DNA from: Octopus sinensis
Taxonomy: Eukaryota
Length of the DNA stretch: 64,000 bases
Reading direction: 5' to 3'
Assembly (NCBI RefSeq): GCF_006345805.1
Contig: NC_043001.1
Location: 52,266,001 to 52,330,000 of the forward strand
Positions 1-14,116 of this stretch are shown piece by piece. Under the pieces are notes generated by a model, which worked only from the letters and a program-made list of their open reading frames with translations, ran no database searches and was not told where the DNA came from. Numbering within the stretch: position 1 is the stretch's first letter; the number at the start of each line of letters is the position of its first letter. The position numbers were made by a program, and so were the translations under genes.

Positions 1-942
1 TGGTAGAATATTTGGTAAACAGCCAACTACAGTATACTTTTAATTCAGAAGGACTTTATAAAAATGGACTTGAGAGTGCTCATGAATTCCGATCATGAAC
101 AGCCAGCGAGAGCGAAGAAACCCTACTCCGTGTGGAATTACATGGTCAGTTCCACCATGAGATCAAGAAATTAAAAAACCAGGAAGCATCAGGGTGGTGG
201 CTTAACAAGGTCGACCTAAAAAAGAATACTGAAAGCCTAATCATCGCTGCCTAGAACCAGACATTGAATACCAACTCAGTGAAAAAGAATATATACCACA
301 CACGTGCAACAGACCGCTGCAGAATGTATGGGAAGAGAGTCGAAAGCGTGACTCACATTGTTAGTGCTTGTGAAAGTCTTGCGCAGAAAGAGTACAAGCG
401 TAGACACGACAAGATAGCCCCAAAACTCCACTGGTTACTATGCCGTAAGTATGGATATGAGGTTACGGGTGCTTGGTACCAACATACACCGGAGAAAGTA
501 ATGGACGAAAAGTGTAAGGCAAAATCCTCTGGGACTGACTTCCTGACAGGCATGGTATCAGAGCACCTTTAGGTGGGACAAACAAAAGAGGCTAATAATT
601 GACATGGCAATGTCAGGAGATCAACATATCAACATGAAAGTAAAAGAAAAGATTGATGAATATGGAGACCTGAGAATTGCGATCGCTGAGATGTGGCACC
701 TTCGAGAGTCAAACATAAAGATTATCTCTGTTGTCATGGGAAAATTGGGTTAAATAACACCCAATCTGAAATATCATCTGAAAACTTTAGAAATATCCTA
801 CAATCTAGGTCTATTGCAAAAATCGGCATTACTTGGAACTGCACGCATATTGCGTAAAATACTGTCCGTCTGTGGGGCTTGTTGTGACTTGACAAACAGT
901 ACATATTGTATTCTATGTGTCGTCTATAATAATGATAATAAA
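1..942 (+). mobile_element. R4/Dong-like non-LTR retrotransposon, decayed 3' part (CCHC zinc finger, restriction-like endonuclease, 3' UTR, short TAA tail)
   Basis: Fragmented reading: LHGQF...WWLNKVDLKKNTESLIIAA, then CRMYGKRVESVTHIVSAC...EYKRRHD, IIDMAM...KEKIDEYGDL and LQKSALLGTARILRKILS. This is the typical C-terminus of R4-clade ORFs. Stops and frameshifts are present. Confidence 0.85.
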
Positions 943-970
943 AACCCATTCTACAACAGGCACAAAGCCT

Positions 971-991
971 AATAGTAATAATAACAATGAC

Positions 992-1080
<89 letters not shown>

Positions 1081-1103
1081 TAATAATAATGATAATAATA
1101 ATA

Positions 1104-1183
<80 letters not shown>

Positions 1184-1297
1184 TAATAATAATGATAATA
1201 ATAATAATAATGATAATAAATATAATACTAATACTAATAATAATAATAATAATAATAATAATGATAATAATAATAATAATGATAATAAATATAATAC

Positions 1298-1358
<61 letters not shown>

Positions 1359-1367
1359 AAGAAGAAT
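971..1367. repeat. Compound trinucleotide microsatellite (GAT)n-(AAT)n-(GAA)n
   Basis: Read directly; accounts for the poly-I/N/L/Y ORFs at 734-1417. Confidence 0.98.
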
Positions 1368-2355
1368 AGTTTCTGATTTTGGCACAACGTCGGCAATTTA
1401 ATGAAATATGTGTGCATCCAGTGAAATTTGCGATATTAAAGTAGAGCGCACAATATACTGACCAAACGTTTCTAAATTTTAGATACTTTTTGAATAAATT
1501 GTTATAAGTTAAAATAAGATTGCTTTTATTAGACTGGCTGAAAAACTTCTTGACTACTCTATACCGAACTTCTACACATTTAACGATTGTTTGGAGAGAA
1601 GAGACAGATCGAAAAGTTAAGTGGTAAGAATATAAAACACAAGGGACGAACAAACTTTTTCAGGTTGTGAAGTAGACAGGCTGGTAAGTATAAAATAATC
1701 TGAAGGAATGTGATTTGCAAAATGTGAGACTTGTAATAGTTTATGTGTTCTTAGTCATGGAAAATTAAATATCTATTTTCACACAGTGCTGTGAAATTCG
1801 CCATTGACATTCTCCAGTAAAATTATTCACGAGTATGTATTGATTTATCCCCAAGTGCGCCATGTTTGGAAACACCAATGGTAAAAGGTGTATTCCCATA
1901 TTTCTGTTTTTTATTAGAAGCTACATTAACTAGTATGTTTTTTTATTAAGGAGGTGGGGGTAGGTTGAAATTTTGACTGTTTTTCCAGCAGATCGAGTAA
2001 CTTCAATATAGTTTCCTGATTAGATTGGCTCCTTCATTGGTTCTATTTTCTTTCCGCAGGTATCGTTTACTTAATTGCAATTGGGTTTAACTAAACAAAA
2101 TGATTCCGTATAATTCATGAAATAATTGAAGAAACTAGTTAGAACATTATTCCAAAGCAATCCAGAACAAAATGATTATCGTTATGAATGGGCAAGCGAG
2201 ATCCATGTAATACGACCCATCATGCACTTGGGCCAGTAGTGTGACTACCTTCAATTTTGCTTTAGCATAATGGTACTGAACCACATATTTCTTACAGATG
2301 CTGTTAAAATACGAATTTCTAAACTTCTAATTGAATGACCTTAATGGATGATATC

Positions 2356-2553
2356 ATGGATATAATAATAATAATGTAACACCCCTCCCACGTGACGAGT
2401 GGTATGTGAGTTAGTTACAAATACTGTGACGTAGGGAGTCGCGGAGTGTCAGTCGGGTAATCGGCAATAGATAATCGTGTCTTTACTTGTCTAACTAACT
2501 ATACTGATATAACGGAGTGGACATTATAGCAAGTGCATCGTTGGATTACAATA
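2356..2553 (+). repeat. 5' LTR (lacks a counterpart to 6951-7021)
   Basis: Shares aaatactgtgacg...ggagtgtcagtcg...gtgtctttact...ctaactaactatac...ttggattaca with the 3' LTR. It is followed by a degenerate PBS-like ttgagacgaag (compare tggcgacgag). Confidence 0.8.
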
Positions 2554-2698
2554 GTTGAGACGAAGAATTAACAAACTCACGATGAATTAACAAACTCACG
2601 ATGAATTAACAAACTCATGCGGATTAAACAAACACAAGGAGTTACGAAACTCATACGCTTTTTGAACGAATTTTACGGTATAAAAAAACGTAAACTTT

Positions 2699-5600
2699 TT
2701 GGCCGGCTTGCTCGAGTTGCAAAAACAGCAACATCAACAACTGCATGGACAACAACAGCAAGAACAATTACTATTACAGCAGCAACAAATGCTGAAATTA
2801 ATGAATAGTAAGTCGTCAAAAAATGTTGTAAAAATATTATCGCCAGATTATGTTGCAACCTCAATATCGGAATATGAGTATGAAACAGGCGTACTATAGA
2901 AGAAACGAATAGATTCTCAATAAAGAGTGGAAATATTGGTGCGACGATATAAAAATACGTCTAATCCCAAGAAAACTGGCAGCAGGAGAGCAATTACATA
3001 CTCCCGAAAAAACCTTCTGACAGAAACTTTAAAAATACAATAGACGTATAATGTAAAATTTTTAGGGAGAAAAACTCGTTATTCAATACACGCTCGAAAT
3101 ATTTAAACCTACAAAAGAACAACGAGGGGGGCTACATCACATATGCTGGTAGAGTTAGCAGGGAATATGAAATGCTCAAACTAAATGGATTAACGCAAGA
3201 TATGTTCAAGTGCCTGATATTTACCCAGGGACTAACTGCAGAAAAAGTCCCAGAAGTAAGAACAAGAATTCTCGCTAAGCTGGAACCAAACCAAGTTAAA
3301 ACCTTACAACAAATGTCAGAAGATTGTGAAAGATTAGTAAATTTAAAACACAACAAAGAGAAAATTGAACATAGAGATTTCTCCCAAATGAATCAAGTGC
3401 GAAAGAAAGCGGAATGTTTCCGCTGTGGTAAAATTGGACACGTAAAAGCGCACTGTACAACCAAGATGACGAAGCATTGGAAGAAAGAAAAAAAGAGAAA
3501 ACAAGATGTGGTCGAAAGAAAATGGTAATGTGACAAAGAAATTCATAAATGTGAAAATTGAAATATAACAGCAAAAATGCAGTTGCACACTGGAAGTGAT
3601 ATTAACATTGTGACTGAAGAAAGCTGGAAGAATATCGGTAAGCCAAAATTAGGTAAATCTACAAAAGTAGTACATGGTGTTACGGGTAAAAAAAAAATTT
3701 GTTGTAGGTGAATTAGTGCGTAATGTGGCATTTCGTGACCAAATGAAAATGTCAAATGTATATGTGTTAAAAAATTCCGTTAATCTATTCGGCACAGCGT
3801 GGATACAACTACTCAAATTGTGGAATACGTCCGTAACTGTTTTGTATGGGGAAATAGTCGGTTCAGTCGAATGTTTGAATGGAGCTGAGGGATTGAAACG
3901 AAAAATATAACATTTATTTCCAGTTGTTTTCTCGGATGATCTGCTTTACTGCAGGAAAACAGGCAAAGATTGTAGTAAAACAAAGTGCAACACCTATATT
4001 TCAGCCAAAACGGAATGTACCGTTTGCGGCACTGAAACAGGTAATTAAGGAACTTGCAAGATTTGAAAGCCTAGGAACAATCAAGAAGGCGGAAAATTTA
4101 GATTAGGCAGCACCTACGGTCTTCGTAAAAAAGAAGTTAAGAGTTTGTGCAGATTTTCTCAACTGGATTGAAAGATTCCTTAATCTTACATAACTACCTA
4201 TTGCTGAGTTCTGAGGATGTGTTCGAAAAATTGAATGGATAGAAATTCTTCTCACAAATAGACCTCTCGGAGGCATATTTAAAAATCCGAGTAGAAGGAT
4301 GCTCACACTTATTATCCATTGATATATATATACACCGTGGCTTCCATTCGGTATGAAAGTGGCTCCTTCCCTATTTCGGCAAGTAATGGATACAATGCTG
4401 GGTGACTATGATTTGGTTATTGCCTATTTAAATGATATTCTAATAAAAACCGAATAACACAAACAACATTTAGAACAAGTAAAGTGGGTATTCGAAAAGA
4501 TAAGAGAATGCCGTTTTAAGTAAAGTGAACGAAAATGCGAGTTCTTTCTGTAAAAAAACAAAAAATAAATACCTGGGCAAGATAATAGATAAAAACGGAC
4601 AGAAACAGGATCCCTCCAGAGCAATAAACTAAATTCCCATGCCGAATAATGTGACTATGCTACAAGCATTTTTGGGATTAGTAAATTACTATCAACTTTA
4701 TATTCCCAATAGACGCAATGTAAGAGCCCTGCTAAACGGTTTGTTACAGAAAAATGCAAAATGGTGCTGGAATGATAAGAGCCAGAAGGCATTCGACAAA
4801 TTGAAAAACATTTTAACTTCGAAATTATCGTTAAATCATTTTGATCCAAAGTTTATTATATTGACTACAGATGCGGGTGACTTTGGTGTAGGAACAGTGC
4901 TCCTACACAGATGACGATGGAAGTAAAAAGGCTATTGCCCATTCGTCAAGATCGTTATTAACAGCTGAAAGGAATTATAGCCAAATAGAAAAGGAGGCGT
5001 TAGCAGTCATATTCGGAGTTAAAAGATTCCATAGGTTTATTCATCGAAGACGTTTCTGTCTTCAAACAGATCAACTCCCACAACTGTCGATATACGGTTC
5101 TAAAAAAGCAATGCCAACACACAGATAATAGGCTACAATGATGGGGTACTATATTTTTGAATTATAATTGCCAAATGGAATATTTGCAGTAAAAAAATAA
5201 AACAGGATATGCGGATGGGTTGTCTCGACTAATACCGAAACACTGCGAGCCATACGAAGGGATGGTAATCGCAGCTTTAAGATCAGAAAGAGAAATAAAC
5301 ACTGGAATGTGGAATGTCGTACTCGAATTACTGGTGACCTTATGAGACATAACACGAAATGCAGAAAAGGACAAATTCATAATAGAAATGAAAAGAATGC
5401 TGTGGACAGGAAAAGTAAATAAGAACAAGATTGGTGCGAAACAAACCCAAGATGTGAACCTATACTCAATTTGTGATGGCGTACTGATATATGCGCAGAG
5501 AGTTGTAGAAATATCTGAAACATCGCAAAAGAAAATGTCGAGGACTTTGAGGATGAAATCTTTAATAAGTAGCTACGTGTTCTGGTCAAAAATAAACATA

Positions 5601-6920
5601 GAAATCGAAAATTTATTGAAAGGCTGTAGAGGATATGCTCTACGATAAAAGTGAACCCTGGCTAAAAATAGATGTTCCGTGGTCGTAACTACACATCGAT
5701 TTCGAAGGTTCCTTAAACGGTTCATACTATATAGTGATAGTAGATAGTTTCTCTAAATGGCCAGAAATTTGTAGCTGTAAACAGCCAGCCCCCTCAGCTG
5801 GGACACACTTTCTGCATAAGCAGTTTGTGAGATTTGGCGTCCCAGACGCGATAGTGTCTGGCAATGGAACGCAATCTTTGTCTTTTGAGTTTAAAACGTT
5901 TTGTGAAATTTTCGCTGTAGAACATGTAACTACGGTGCCATCCTATCCCAGATCTAACGGACAAGCAGAGCACAATGTCGATACGTTCAAGAGAGCCATA
6001 AGAAGGTCCAATAAAGAAGTTACGAATGAGGTAGCTCTACAACAATTCTTAAGAGTATACCCTGTGACAACAAATCCAAACACACCTGCAGGTATGTCAC
6101 CAGCGGAGTTGATTTTTGCGAGGAAATTAACACGCCTTCCACAAATTACTTCCTGATCTGAAAAGAAAAATTGCAATGGATAATACAGCACGATATTTAA
6201 AAATTGGTGAAAAGGTATCTTTGGAAGCACTCCGTCGGTTACGACGATGAGGGTTCCGGTTGATCCGAATCAACGGAACAGCCTGTTCGTGAAATTAACG
6301 TGTAAGTGGCTGAGCACTCCACAGACACGTGCACCCTTAACGTAGTTCTCGGGGATATTCAGCGTGACACAGAGAGTGACAAGGCCGGCCCCTTGAAATA
6401 CAGGTACAACAGAAACAGGAAGTAAGAGTGAGAGAAAGTTGTGGTGAAAGAGTACAGCAGGGATCACCACCATCCCCTGCCGGAGCCTCGTGGAGCTTTT
6501 AGGTGTTTTCGCTCAATAAACACTCACAACGCCCGGTCTGGGAATCGAAACCGCGATCCTATGACCGCGAGCCCGCTGCCCTAACCACTGGGTCATTGCG
6601 CCTCCACTCGAAAAGGTATTAAGGCATATAAGGAAGGCCAACCAACTTAGGAAGATGGTGTGATTACCAAACGTATAGAAAAAATGTTATTCTTAGTAAA
6701 AAGAAGAAAAGGTGTATACAAGCGACACATGAACCAACTAAATAAAGATTCGTTGACAGCGAATCCAAGGGAATGGAAGGACCAATGGAATTGATATATG
6801 ATACTTTTCAACTACCAACGCCACTACAAATAATCAAACCCAGACGCAAAAGCGAAAGAAAAAGAAAACGTACGGAGTTCCTGGAAGTAGATGCCAAACG
6901 AAAAAATATTAAATTGAGAA
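2699..6920 (+). pseudogene. Disrupted gag-pol of the Gypsy element
   Basis: Zinc knuckle CFRCGKIGHVKAHC (about 3415-3456). Protease MQLHTGSDINIV (DTG changed to HTG). RT IDLSEAYLKI and AYLNDILI (YLDD changed to YLND). RNase H LTTDAGDFGVGTVLLH and YSQIEKEALAVIFGV. Integrase VDSFSKWPEI and SNGQAEHNVDTFK. Many stops and frameshifts. Confidence 0.92.
6219..6609 (-). mobile_element. tRNA(Arg)-like-derived SINE (octopus OR-type) inserted in the integrase C-terminus
   Basis: The minus strand begins gtggaggcgcaatgacccagtggttagggc...ggtttcgattccc (A and B boxes). GAAAAGGTAT occurs at 6209-6218 and 6610-6619 as a TSD. Integrase-like sequence resumes afterwards. Confidence 0.9.
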
Positions 6921-6950
6921 GATAAAAAACTCACAAAAGAGGTGGGGCGA

Positions 6951-7221
6951 TGTAAAAATTATTATTTTAAAAAAATAAAATTACACTCCCAAAGGAAAAA
7001 AAACTTGAAAGGGAAGATTTTATGGAGATAATAATAATAATAATAATAATGGAATACTCATCCATAACGGTATATGCTAGTCGTTGAAAATACTGTGACG
7101 AAAGTAGTCTAGGAGTGTCAGTCGCGTAGTCGTCGATAGATAGTCGTGTCTTTACTGGTCTAACTAACTATACCGCTACACCGGAGTGGATGTTATAACA
7201 GTCTGACTTTGGATTACAACA
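6951..7221 (+). repeat. 3' LTR
   Basis: Starts with TG immediately after the PPT and ends ...ttggattacaaca; homologous to 2356-2553. Confidence 0.85.
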
Positions 7222-9534
7222 GTTGATCACTTCATAATCGAAGAACGTCTCGTTTTCAATAGGAATTTAACTTGAGTAAAATTATATTGGAATATACAGA
7301 CTACAGATAACGTTCTACTGTTTTGTTTTGGGGGTTAATCATTATTCTGGAATAGTTGCAATAGCTTGAAATATTGGCTTTGGCAAAGAAGTAAGTAAGC
7401 AGCATGCGGACAGAAACGTTATTTGATGATCAAAGAAAGTTTTGCCAAGTGTTTGAAACGCATAACATTAAACGTATTCAAGTTTTATCGTTTGTTTAAT
7501 AAGCGAGTGTCATTTTAGCGTTGCGTATTCCAAGAAGCACTTACGAAACAATATTTTTGAAAGAAGATGGTGGAATTAATAAACGGGAGAGAATAACTTT
7601 ACTAAATATCATATACTATATGGAAATTGCACTTAGAATTATTTCTGCTATTTAGAATCTGGATATCTGGATCTTAGTATTTCAGAGATAATAACAATGC
7701 AAAATATTGAAAATGCTGCATTCCTTTACATAAACAGTTAATAATTACACAAGTCAAACAGGAACTAAGTATAGTATATAATTTCAATTGTTACGATGAA
7801 TTGAAAGATCAAGGAACATGTGACTACCAAAACTTTATTCGTCTATGTTAATCTAGACATATTTAGTTATATCCGTTCTCATCTAATATTAAATAATTAT
7901 TTCCTCTTCTTACCGATACATGGAATGAAATTTGTTTAGAAGCGTTTTATAATTGATTAAATACACTACTGATGTTTATGTTTTCCATGTGTTCGTTTAA
8001 AAGAGCCCAGTGTCGCTGCAAAGTTTAGTCCTGCTCGCTTATCTATAATACCAACAGTACTGCAATAAACTTTTCACCACTTTACTTTTTACATAAACTT
8101 GGAGAATATAAGACTAATACTTCCAACCGTTGTATCACCTTTGCTTCATAAGGTAAAGTCTAAAGTTAACGACTCTCGAAACAGAATGCAAAGCAAACAT
8201 TTCATTGTCCAGAATGTGTTGGGCTTTTATCGAAACCTCTCTTCTTCATTGCAGAAACCTTAATCGAACTTACATTAAGCTAATACATAAATTTCGAGAA
8301 CATAGCTTGTTATCAGTCAGAGAATCAAGGGTTCAGAACGGCTACCAAAATGAATAGTTTTACTTTGGTTAGCATAACCATAATTTCAAAAATTGTTTTC
8401 TTTCATCACTACATCTTCCTAACATTAAAATAACTCAAAAAAATTAATTTAAAATAAAATGGAGATTGTCACGAAAGCCCTATGTTTCTCCATGCGTTCG
8501 CTTCCTCTTTCTACCTTCTTTTATGGGTGTTATAACATTATTTTGATTGTGAAACACAAAGACCTATATGACTGCCGTCAATTTAAGACTTGACTGTCAC
8601 GGTTAGAGTATGCTGAACTCGTGAGGCCAAATTAGAAACATATCTGAATTTCTGTAAACAGAACTACGCGCACTTCAATACATTCTATATCTAATAACTC
8701 ATAATTACATATGATTTCGAGATTATCATCTCGTCCTTTTTTAAACCAGAATTATTAAAGTACAAAGAGATTCTTCATGTCACTAGCGGCATAATTTTGA
8801 TTAATTAAAATTTCTTTGTTTACCCAATAAATTTTGCAGTGCTCACCTTACTAGAAATTTCCATTCAGTAGGCATCTGTGTTTATTTTTTCTCCTTTTTT
8901 TTTGTTATTTTAGAAGAAATCTCTGTCCATTCTCAAAATAAATGTTTCTCATCTCTCTTGTTCTACATTTTTCGAATCACAGTTAATCTATGCTTTGCTA
9001 ATGAAGTCTAAGAATTTTTTTTTTAATGAGATAAACGTCTTTTTGCATAATTTTCCTGTAACTTTTTGATTAACTAACCTGTTCATTTGATCGTTTGAAT
9101 TTATGCAAATTAATTTGTGTTTTTACTTTACCATAAAATAACATTGACGGAAGTATAGCAGTACAAAAGAAATTATTCTTGCATTACTTAATCAATCTCC
9201 TTTTAATCAATCTCTACTTTCCTTTTTTCCCCAAGTTGTCCTCCACCTCCTCCCCCACCTCCTACTCCTACCTCATGAAATTACTGCTACAGTTGTTCTT
9301 TCACCTACATGATCACCTAAATCATTATTGTTATTGCATCTGAGGTTGATACTTCTTTATAATTTTGAGTATACCATTAATGCAAGCCAGCGGACCATTA
9401 GAAAAAACATCATACTCTGATACAAGATAAAATATTTTAATGTGGGAAGCACTCAGTCACACACGCACACACACACTCACGCCCGCACACGCATACACAG
9501 AAAGTATCTATCTATCTATCTATATGAATATATA

Positions 9535-10516
9535 AGTTCAGTAAAAATTTAGATTCAGATGAATATGGTACTAAAGTTGAAGGCACCAGAATTTAGTATG
9601 GTATTATCCATATAATTTAAAATAAGGTGATTATAACCAAAATAAGCAACTAGGATATCCAGAGGTAATGCAGAACAATCGTTTCATGCGACTCCATTTA
9701 ATTCAACAATGCAAACATTACATCAATTTAAAATGTGGAGCAATCTTCAGCTGCATAAAAATATAGAATTTAGTTAAATTCGAAGGACTCATTAGTATAA
9801 TTTTACCCAAAATTACCAAGAGGATCAGGAGATAGACAAAAGAACATGTCTTACCAACAACATCACAGTTTTAACTGAGATTTGTTCTGTTATTTAGATT
9901 TGATTGGGGGGGGGGCAGTTTTAATTTATAAGCTAGTTTATCAAATCTGAGAGAAGAGAGAGTGTAGTATCATTTTGAGATAGTGCAAAGTAGATAGACA
10001 ATTTAAGTGGCGTAGTCATAAATCAAAATTTCTTTGAAGCAAAGCCATTTGGTTCAGTAAGAAGATATTTCAGACACGATGTTAGCTGCTATTAAGTAGA
10101 CTAATGCTTATGGGACAGGGGAATTTAGTATGATATTATCCATATAATTTAAAATAAGGTGATTATAACCAAAATAAGCAACAAGGATATCCAGATGTAA
10201 AGCAGAACGATCGTTTCATGCGACTCCATTTAATTCAACAATGCAAACATTACATCAGTTTAAAATGTAGAGCAATCTTCAGCTGCATAAAGATATAGAA
10301 TTTAGTTAAATTCGAAGGCCTCATTAGTATAATTTTATCCAAAATCTCCAAAAGGATAAGGAGATAGACGATAGACAAAGAACGTTTTACCAACAACATC
10401 GCAGTTTTAACTGAGATTTTTTTAAAAAGACACTGCCTTTCACCGATTATTTCTGTTATTTAGATTTGATTATGGGGGGGGGTCAGTTTTAATTTATAGG
10501 CTTGTTTATCAAATCT
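9535..10516 (+). repeat. Interspersed repeat (probably a PLE 5' region) with an internal direct duplication 9589-9948 / 10121-10516
   Basis: The two copies align by eye at roughly 90%. The same start (agttcagtaaaa...agattcagatgaa) recurs at 63049, and a similar motif precedes the PLE RT at about 11207. The PLE assignment is inferred. Confidence 0.6.
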
Positions 10517-11162
10517 ATATAAATATATATGTATATATGTGTATGTGTGTGTTTATAACGCACGCGCGCACACACAGTATGTATCTAACTATCTATCTGT
10601 CTATCTATCTATATAAATCTATATATGTATATATGTGTATGCGTGTGTCTATACACGCCCGCGTACACACGCACGCACACGCACACACACACACACATGG
10701 TTCATTACTATAAATGTCACATCGTCGTAGAGTATTGTTGGATGTACTACTAATGTGTTTGATGAATAATATCTCTTATTTATCTCGAAATTTCCGGTAA
10801 AAATGTGAGTTCTTCCGCTTGACGATGAAAGCATTATGAAGGTAAAATGTCATGCACCGCAAGTAAAAGAATTTATTTAGTGAGTATCAATTCTTCATGA
10901 AGGAGAGATGGTTGACATTTGTTTTACAGGCACTCAATGCTTATAGATATATTTTTGACGTATATAAATATATTATTATGAATATAATATAAGAGAAGGT
11001 TTATCTGTATTTAAGAAGTGCTTTTCGCAACAAAGAGGATTCTTGTTCATGTCCAGATCGATGTATATTTAAAAAGTGTTCCCTACCAGGGCTCCAGTCT
11101 AAACTATACCATATGAATGAAACTGTGAGAAAAGGAAACTATGTGGAACATGGAAAGTTACG

Positions 11163-11202
<40 letters not shown>

Positions 11203-11204
11203 AT

Positions 11205-12030
11205 AATTAAGATTCAGATGAATTAGGTAATTAATTTCAGGCACAAACCACTTCGGTATAGCTCGCACAACTTGTTTTAGGGAAATAAAACGTAAATAAG
11301 TAACAAGGATGTCTAGGTATTAATGCATTACGTCCGTTTCAAGCGGCTGCATTTTATCAATCAATGAATACATTACATCAATCTGAAATATACCGCTCTC
11401 CTCAGTACAGACGAAAATATAGATTTCCAATATAAAGGATAAACCCTTTTTTAGCACGATTTATGTCACTACTAGCAAACATAACACTTATATTGTTTGA
11501 TATCAACAGTTCTTCTTCTAGCAACTTTCTAGGGACAAAATAAATATTTTTCTCGCTAGAAAAACTATCACAGAATTTGAAGCTAGGTTATGGATGAGGT
11601 GTGACACCCCTAATAATTTTGATGTTGCTATGGGTTCGAGTGACTCGGTCCAGGTTACTGATTTGCTTGGTGCATATCACTTAAAGTGTCTTAGTGGAAT
11701 CCCTGGACTTCAGGGTGGTATTTATAGAGAGGATGCGTTATTCATTGAACCTAGTAATAGTAAAAACGCCATAGAAAGAATGTGGAAGGAATATTTGATT
11801 ACGGAATCAAACTTCTTATATAGTATCTCTAGATATAAACTCTTGTTTATATTACACCTATAGAAAATCAGATGAAGTTACTAGGAGGTATATGAAGAAA
11901 TCTTCTAATCTATTAAAATCAGTAGTAAAAGGAATTTCAAGGTGAATTACGCAATTATCAGCTAATTGGGTTATATTTAACACTTACCCCTTCTGCTATA
12001 ACTATGCTCTATCTAAAGCGGGATATAATC
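11205..12030 (+). mobile_element. Penelope-like element reverse transcriptase remnant
   Basis: FDVAMGSSDSVQVTDLLG...GGIYREDAL matches the PLE FDVxMGSxDxAxxxDLVG...GLYRDDGL motifs. A thumb-like YNYALSKAGYNQE follows. Confidence 0.75.
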
Positions 12031-12034
12031 AGGA

Positions 12035-12420
12035 ATTGCTATAAGAATTTCTTGTGGAATTTTCCAGGGTGAGTCTCTATTACCACCCCTCTTTTTCCTA
12101 GTCTTAATGCCTCTCGCAATTGCTCGATGATGTACAATACGGCTATAAAATGTTTGATTATAAATATAAATCATCTCATTTACATGGATGATTTAAATCT
12201 CCTTGCAAAGAATGACCAACAACTACAGGGCTTACTCACGATTGTTAAACAATTCAGTGATGATATCAGACTGTAATTTGGCTTCGATAGATGTGCAAAC
12301 GCTCCCCTTATCAAAAGGGAACTTACCGAACCATCCATCGTTAATCTTGACCAGCAGAATGTCGTAAAAGACTTATATAAGTATGAAGTGGTACTAGTAA
12401 CACAGAGATGACTCCGGAAA
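12035..12420 (+). mobile_element. R4/Dong-like RT fragment
   Basis: GIFQGESLLPPLFFLVLMPL...INHLIYMDDLNLLAKNDQQLQGLL...FGFDRCA. Confidence 0.85.
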
Positions 12421-12583
12421 TAACAAATGTTATATAAAGAACTTTATTAGCTCATTGTTCGTTTTTAATTGAGTACTAAGATAACATTCTATAACTTCAT
12501 CAGAGCCTCGCATATGAAATGCACTCTATTTTGGAAATCTATATTTTCAGAACAAAAAGGCATTATGAGTAAGAATGTGTGTG

Positions 12584-12652
<69 letters not shown>

Positions 12653-12764
12653 TCACGCACAAACATATATGTATGTGTATAAGAATGTATGTGTTTGTTT
12701 ACATACACACACACACCACATATATAATATATATGCATGTAAATGTATGAATGCTTATTTAGAT

Positions 12765-12915
12765 GAAATTTATCGAAAAACAGGACGAACACAGGTGTAT
12801 GAAAAACAAGCAAGTGTATTAGTTTGACGCACGGAGAAACGAAGAAGTGTTTTACGTTTCGAGCCTACGCCCTCCAACTGAAAGGGAGGGAAAATATACT
12901 GAGAGACATTGAAAA
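12765..12915 (-). mobile_element. Short repeat carrying a decayed minimal hammerhead motif (same family as 49521-49680)
   Basis: Aligns with 49521-49680. The minus strand reads cttt CAGTTGG A GGGC gtag GCTC GAAAC GTA aaac, so the core is mutated. Confidence 0.7.
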
Positions 12916-13111
12916 ACAACATATATTTCAATGGTCCAGCATGGCAAATGAGGTTTATATACATGAATGTATATATGCAATTGTGGATGCATATGTATAT
13001 ATGTGTATATGTATGTATATGTATATATATACATATATATATATGCATACATATATATACATATATATAATATATATATATATACATAAATATAATACAT
13101 ACATATATTAT

Positions 13112-13156
<45 letters not shown>

Positions 13157-13556
13157 AAATATATATATATAATCTGTATGTCTACGTATATAATATTTTA
13201 AAACAAACTCAAGAGGTTTTGTAATTTATGGAGAATAAAAAATTGTTATCATATATTCGTATACAGTCATTATTATACTATTACACCTCCATAGTAGCCT
13301 TCACTCTGTAACTTAAAAAGCCTTTCGGATTTGTTTACAAACATAATCTGTAGTATGAGTCAGATTATTAACTAAATTTGGATGAAATTGATGGGCGAGC
13401 ATTTGGCCCGATCGTATGCGCAAGGAGCCATGTTAGCATTGATTTATGGGTTTGATTCTGTCTGGGGTTAGTTCACCATTTTCCAGTTATTTGTTTGTAT
13501 TTAAAAAGTGACTCATCAAATCGGAAAATAAAATATTATAAAGATATACATAGTTT

Positions 13557-13588
<32 letters not shown>

Positions 13589-13621
13589 ATATATATACAA
13601 AACTATCTGAGTACTTAAGAA

Positions 13622-13671
<50 letters not shown>

Positions 13672-13775
13672 CTCAAATAAGATTGCGGTATTCCTGAAGT
13701 AGATCCACTAGAAATAAACTCCTACTACGCTTGACAATAGTGTTCCAGTACTCTATCAAACACTTGTGTGTGTGT

Positions 13776-13842
<67 letters not shown>

Positions 13843-14057
13843 TGTATGGATGTATGGATGCATGTCATCATTCATCGGCCCCAAAAAATTGAATGGCAGA
13901 ATTGACTCCGGTTGCTTGTAGGCTCAGAGTATTAAACCATAAGAAGTTTCGGAAAGCATTTCATCTAGCGCGGAAAGAATTCTGCCAGCTCATAATAATG
14001 AAAGTGATGAATATGATGATGATTATGATTTTGATAATAATAATAGTAATAATAATA

Positions 14058-14107
<50 letters not shown>

Positions 14108-14116
14108 TAATAATAA

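Larger units (their letters stand above)
2356..7221 (+). mobile_element. Ty3/Gypsy LTR retrotransposon (Mag/K02A2.6-like), decayed provirus with two LTRs
   Basis: Diverged direct repeats at 2356-2553 and 7022-7221. A polypurine tract (aaaagaggtggggcga, 6935-6950) is followed by TG at 6951. Domain order is gag-PR-RT-RH-IN. Confidence 0.93.

Noticed and set aside
734-1417. Long low-complexity ORFs here and at 12.5-13.2, 14.8-15.2, 16.1-17.0, 30.3-30.6, 34.8-35.4, 36.9-37.7, 52.3-52.7 and 55.6-55.9 kb
   Set aside because: They are translations of stop-poor microsatellites (AAT, GAA, TA, TG, ATCT), not genes.
6520-6607. Functional tRNA genes at the SINE heads (also 40720 and 62165)
   Set aside because: A and B boxes are present, but there is no cloverleaf and SINE bodies or TSDs follow.
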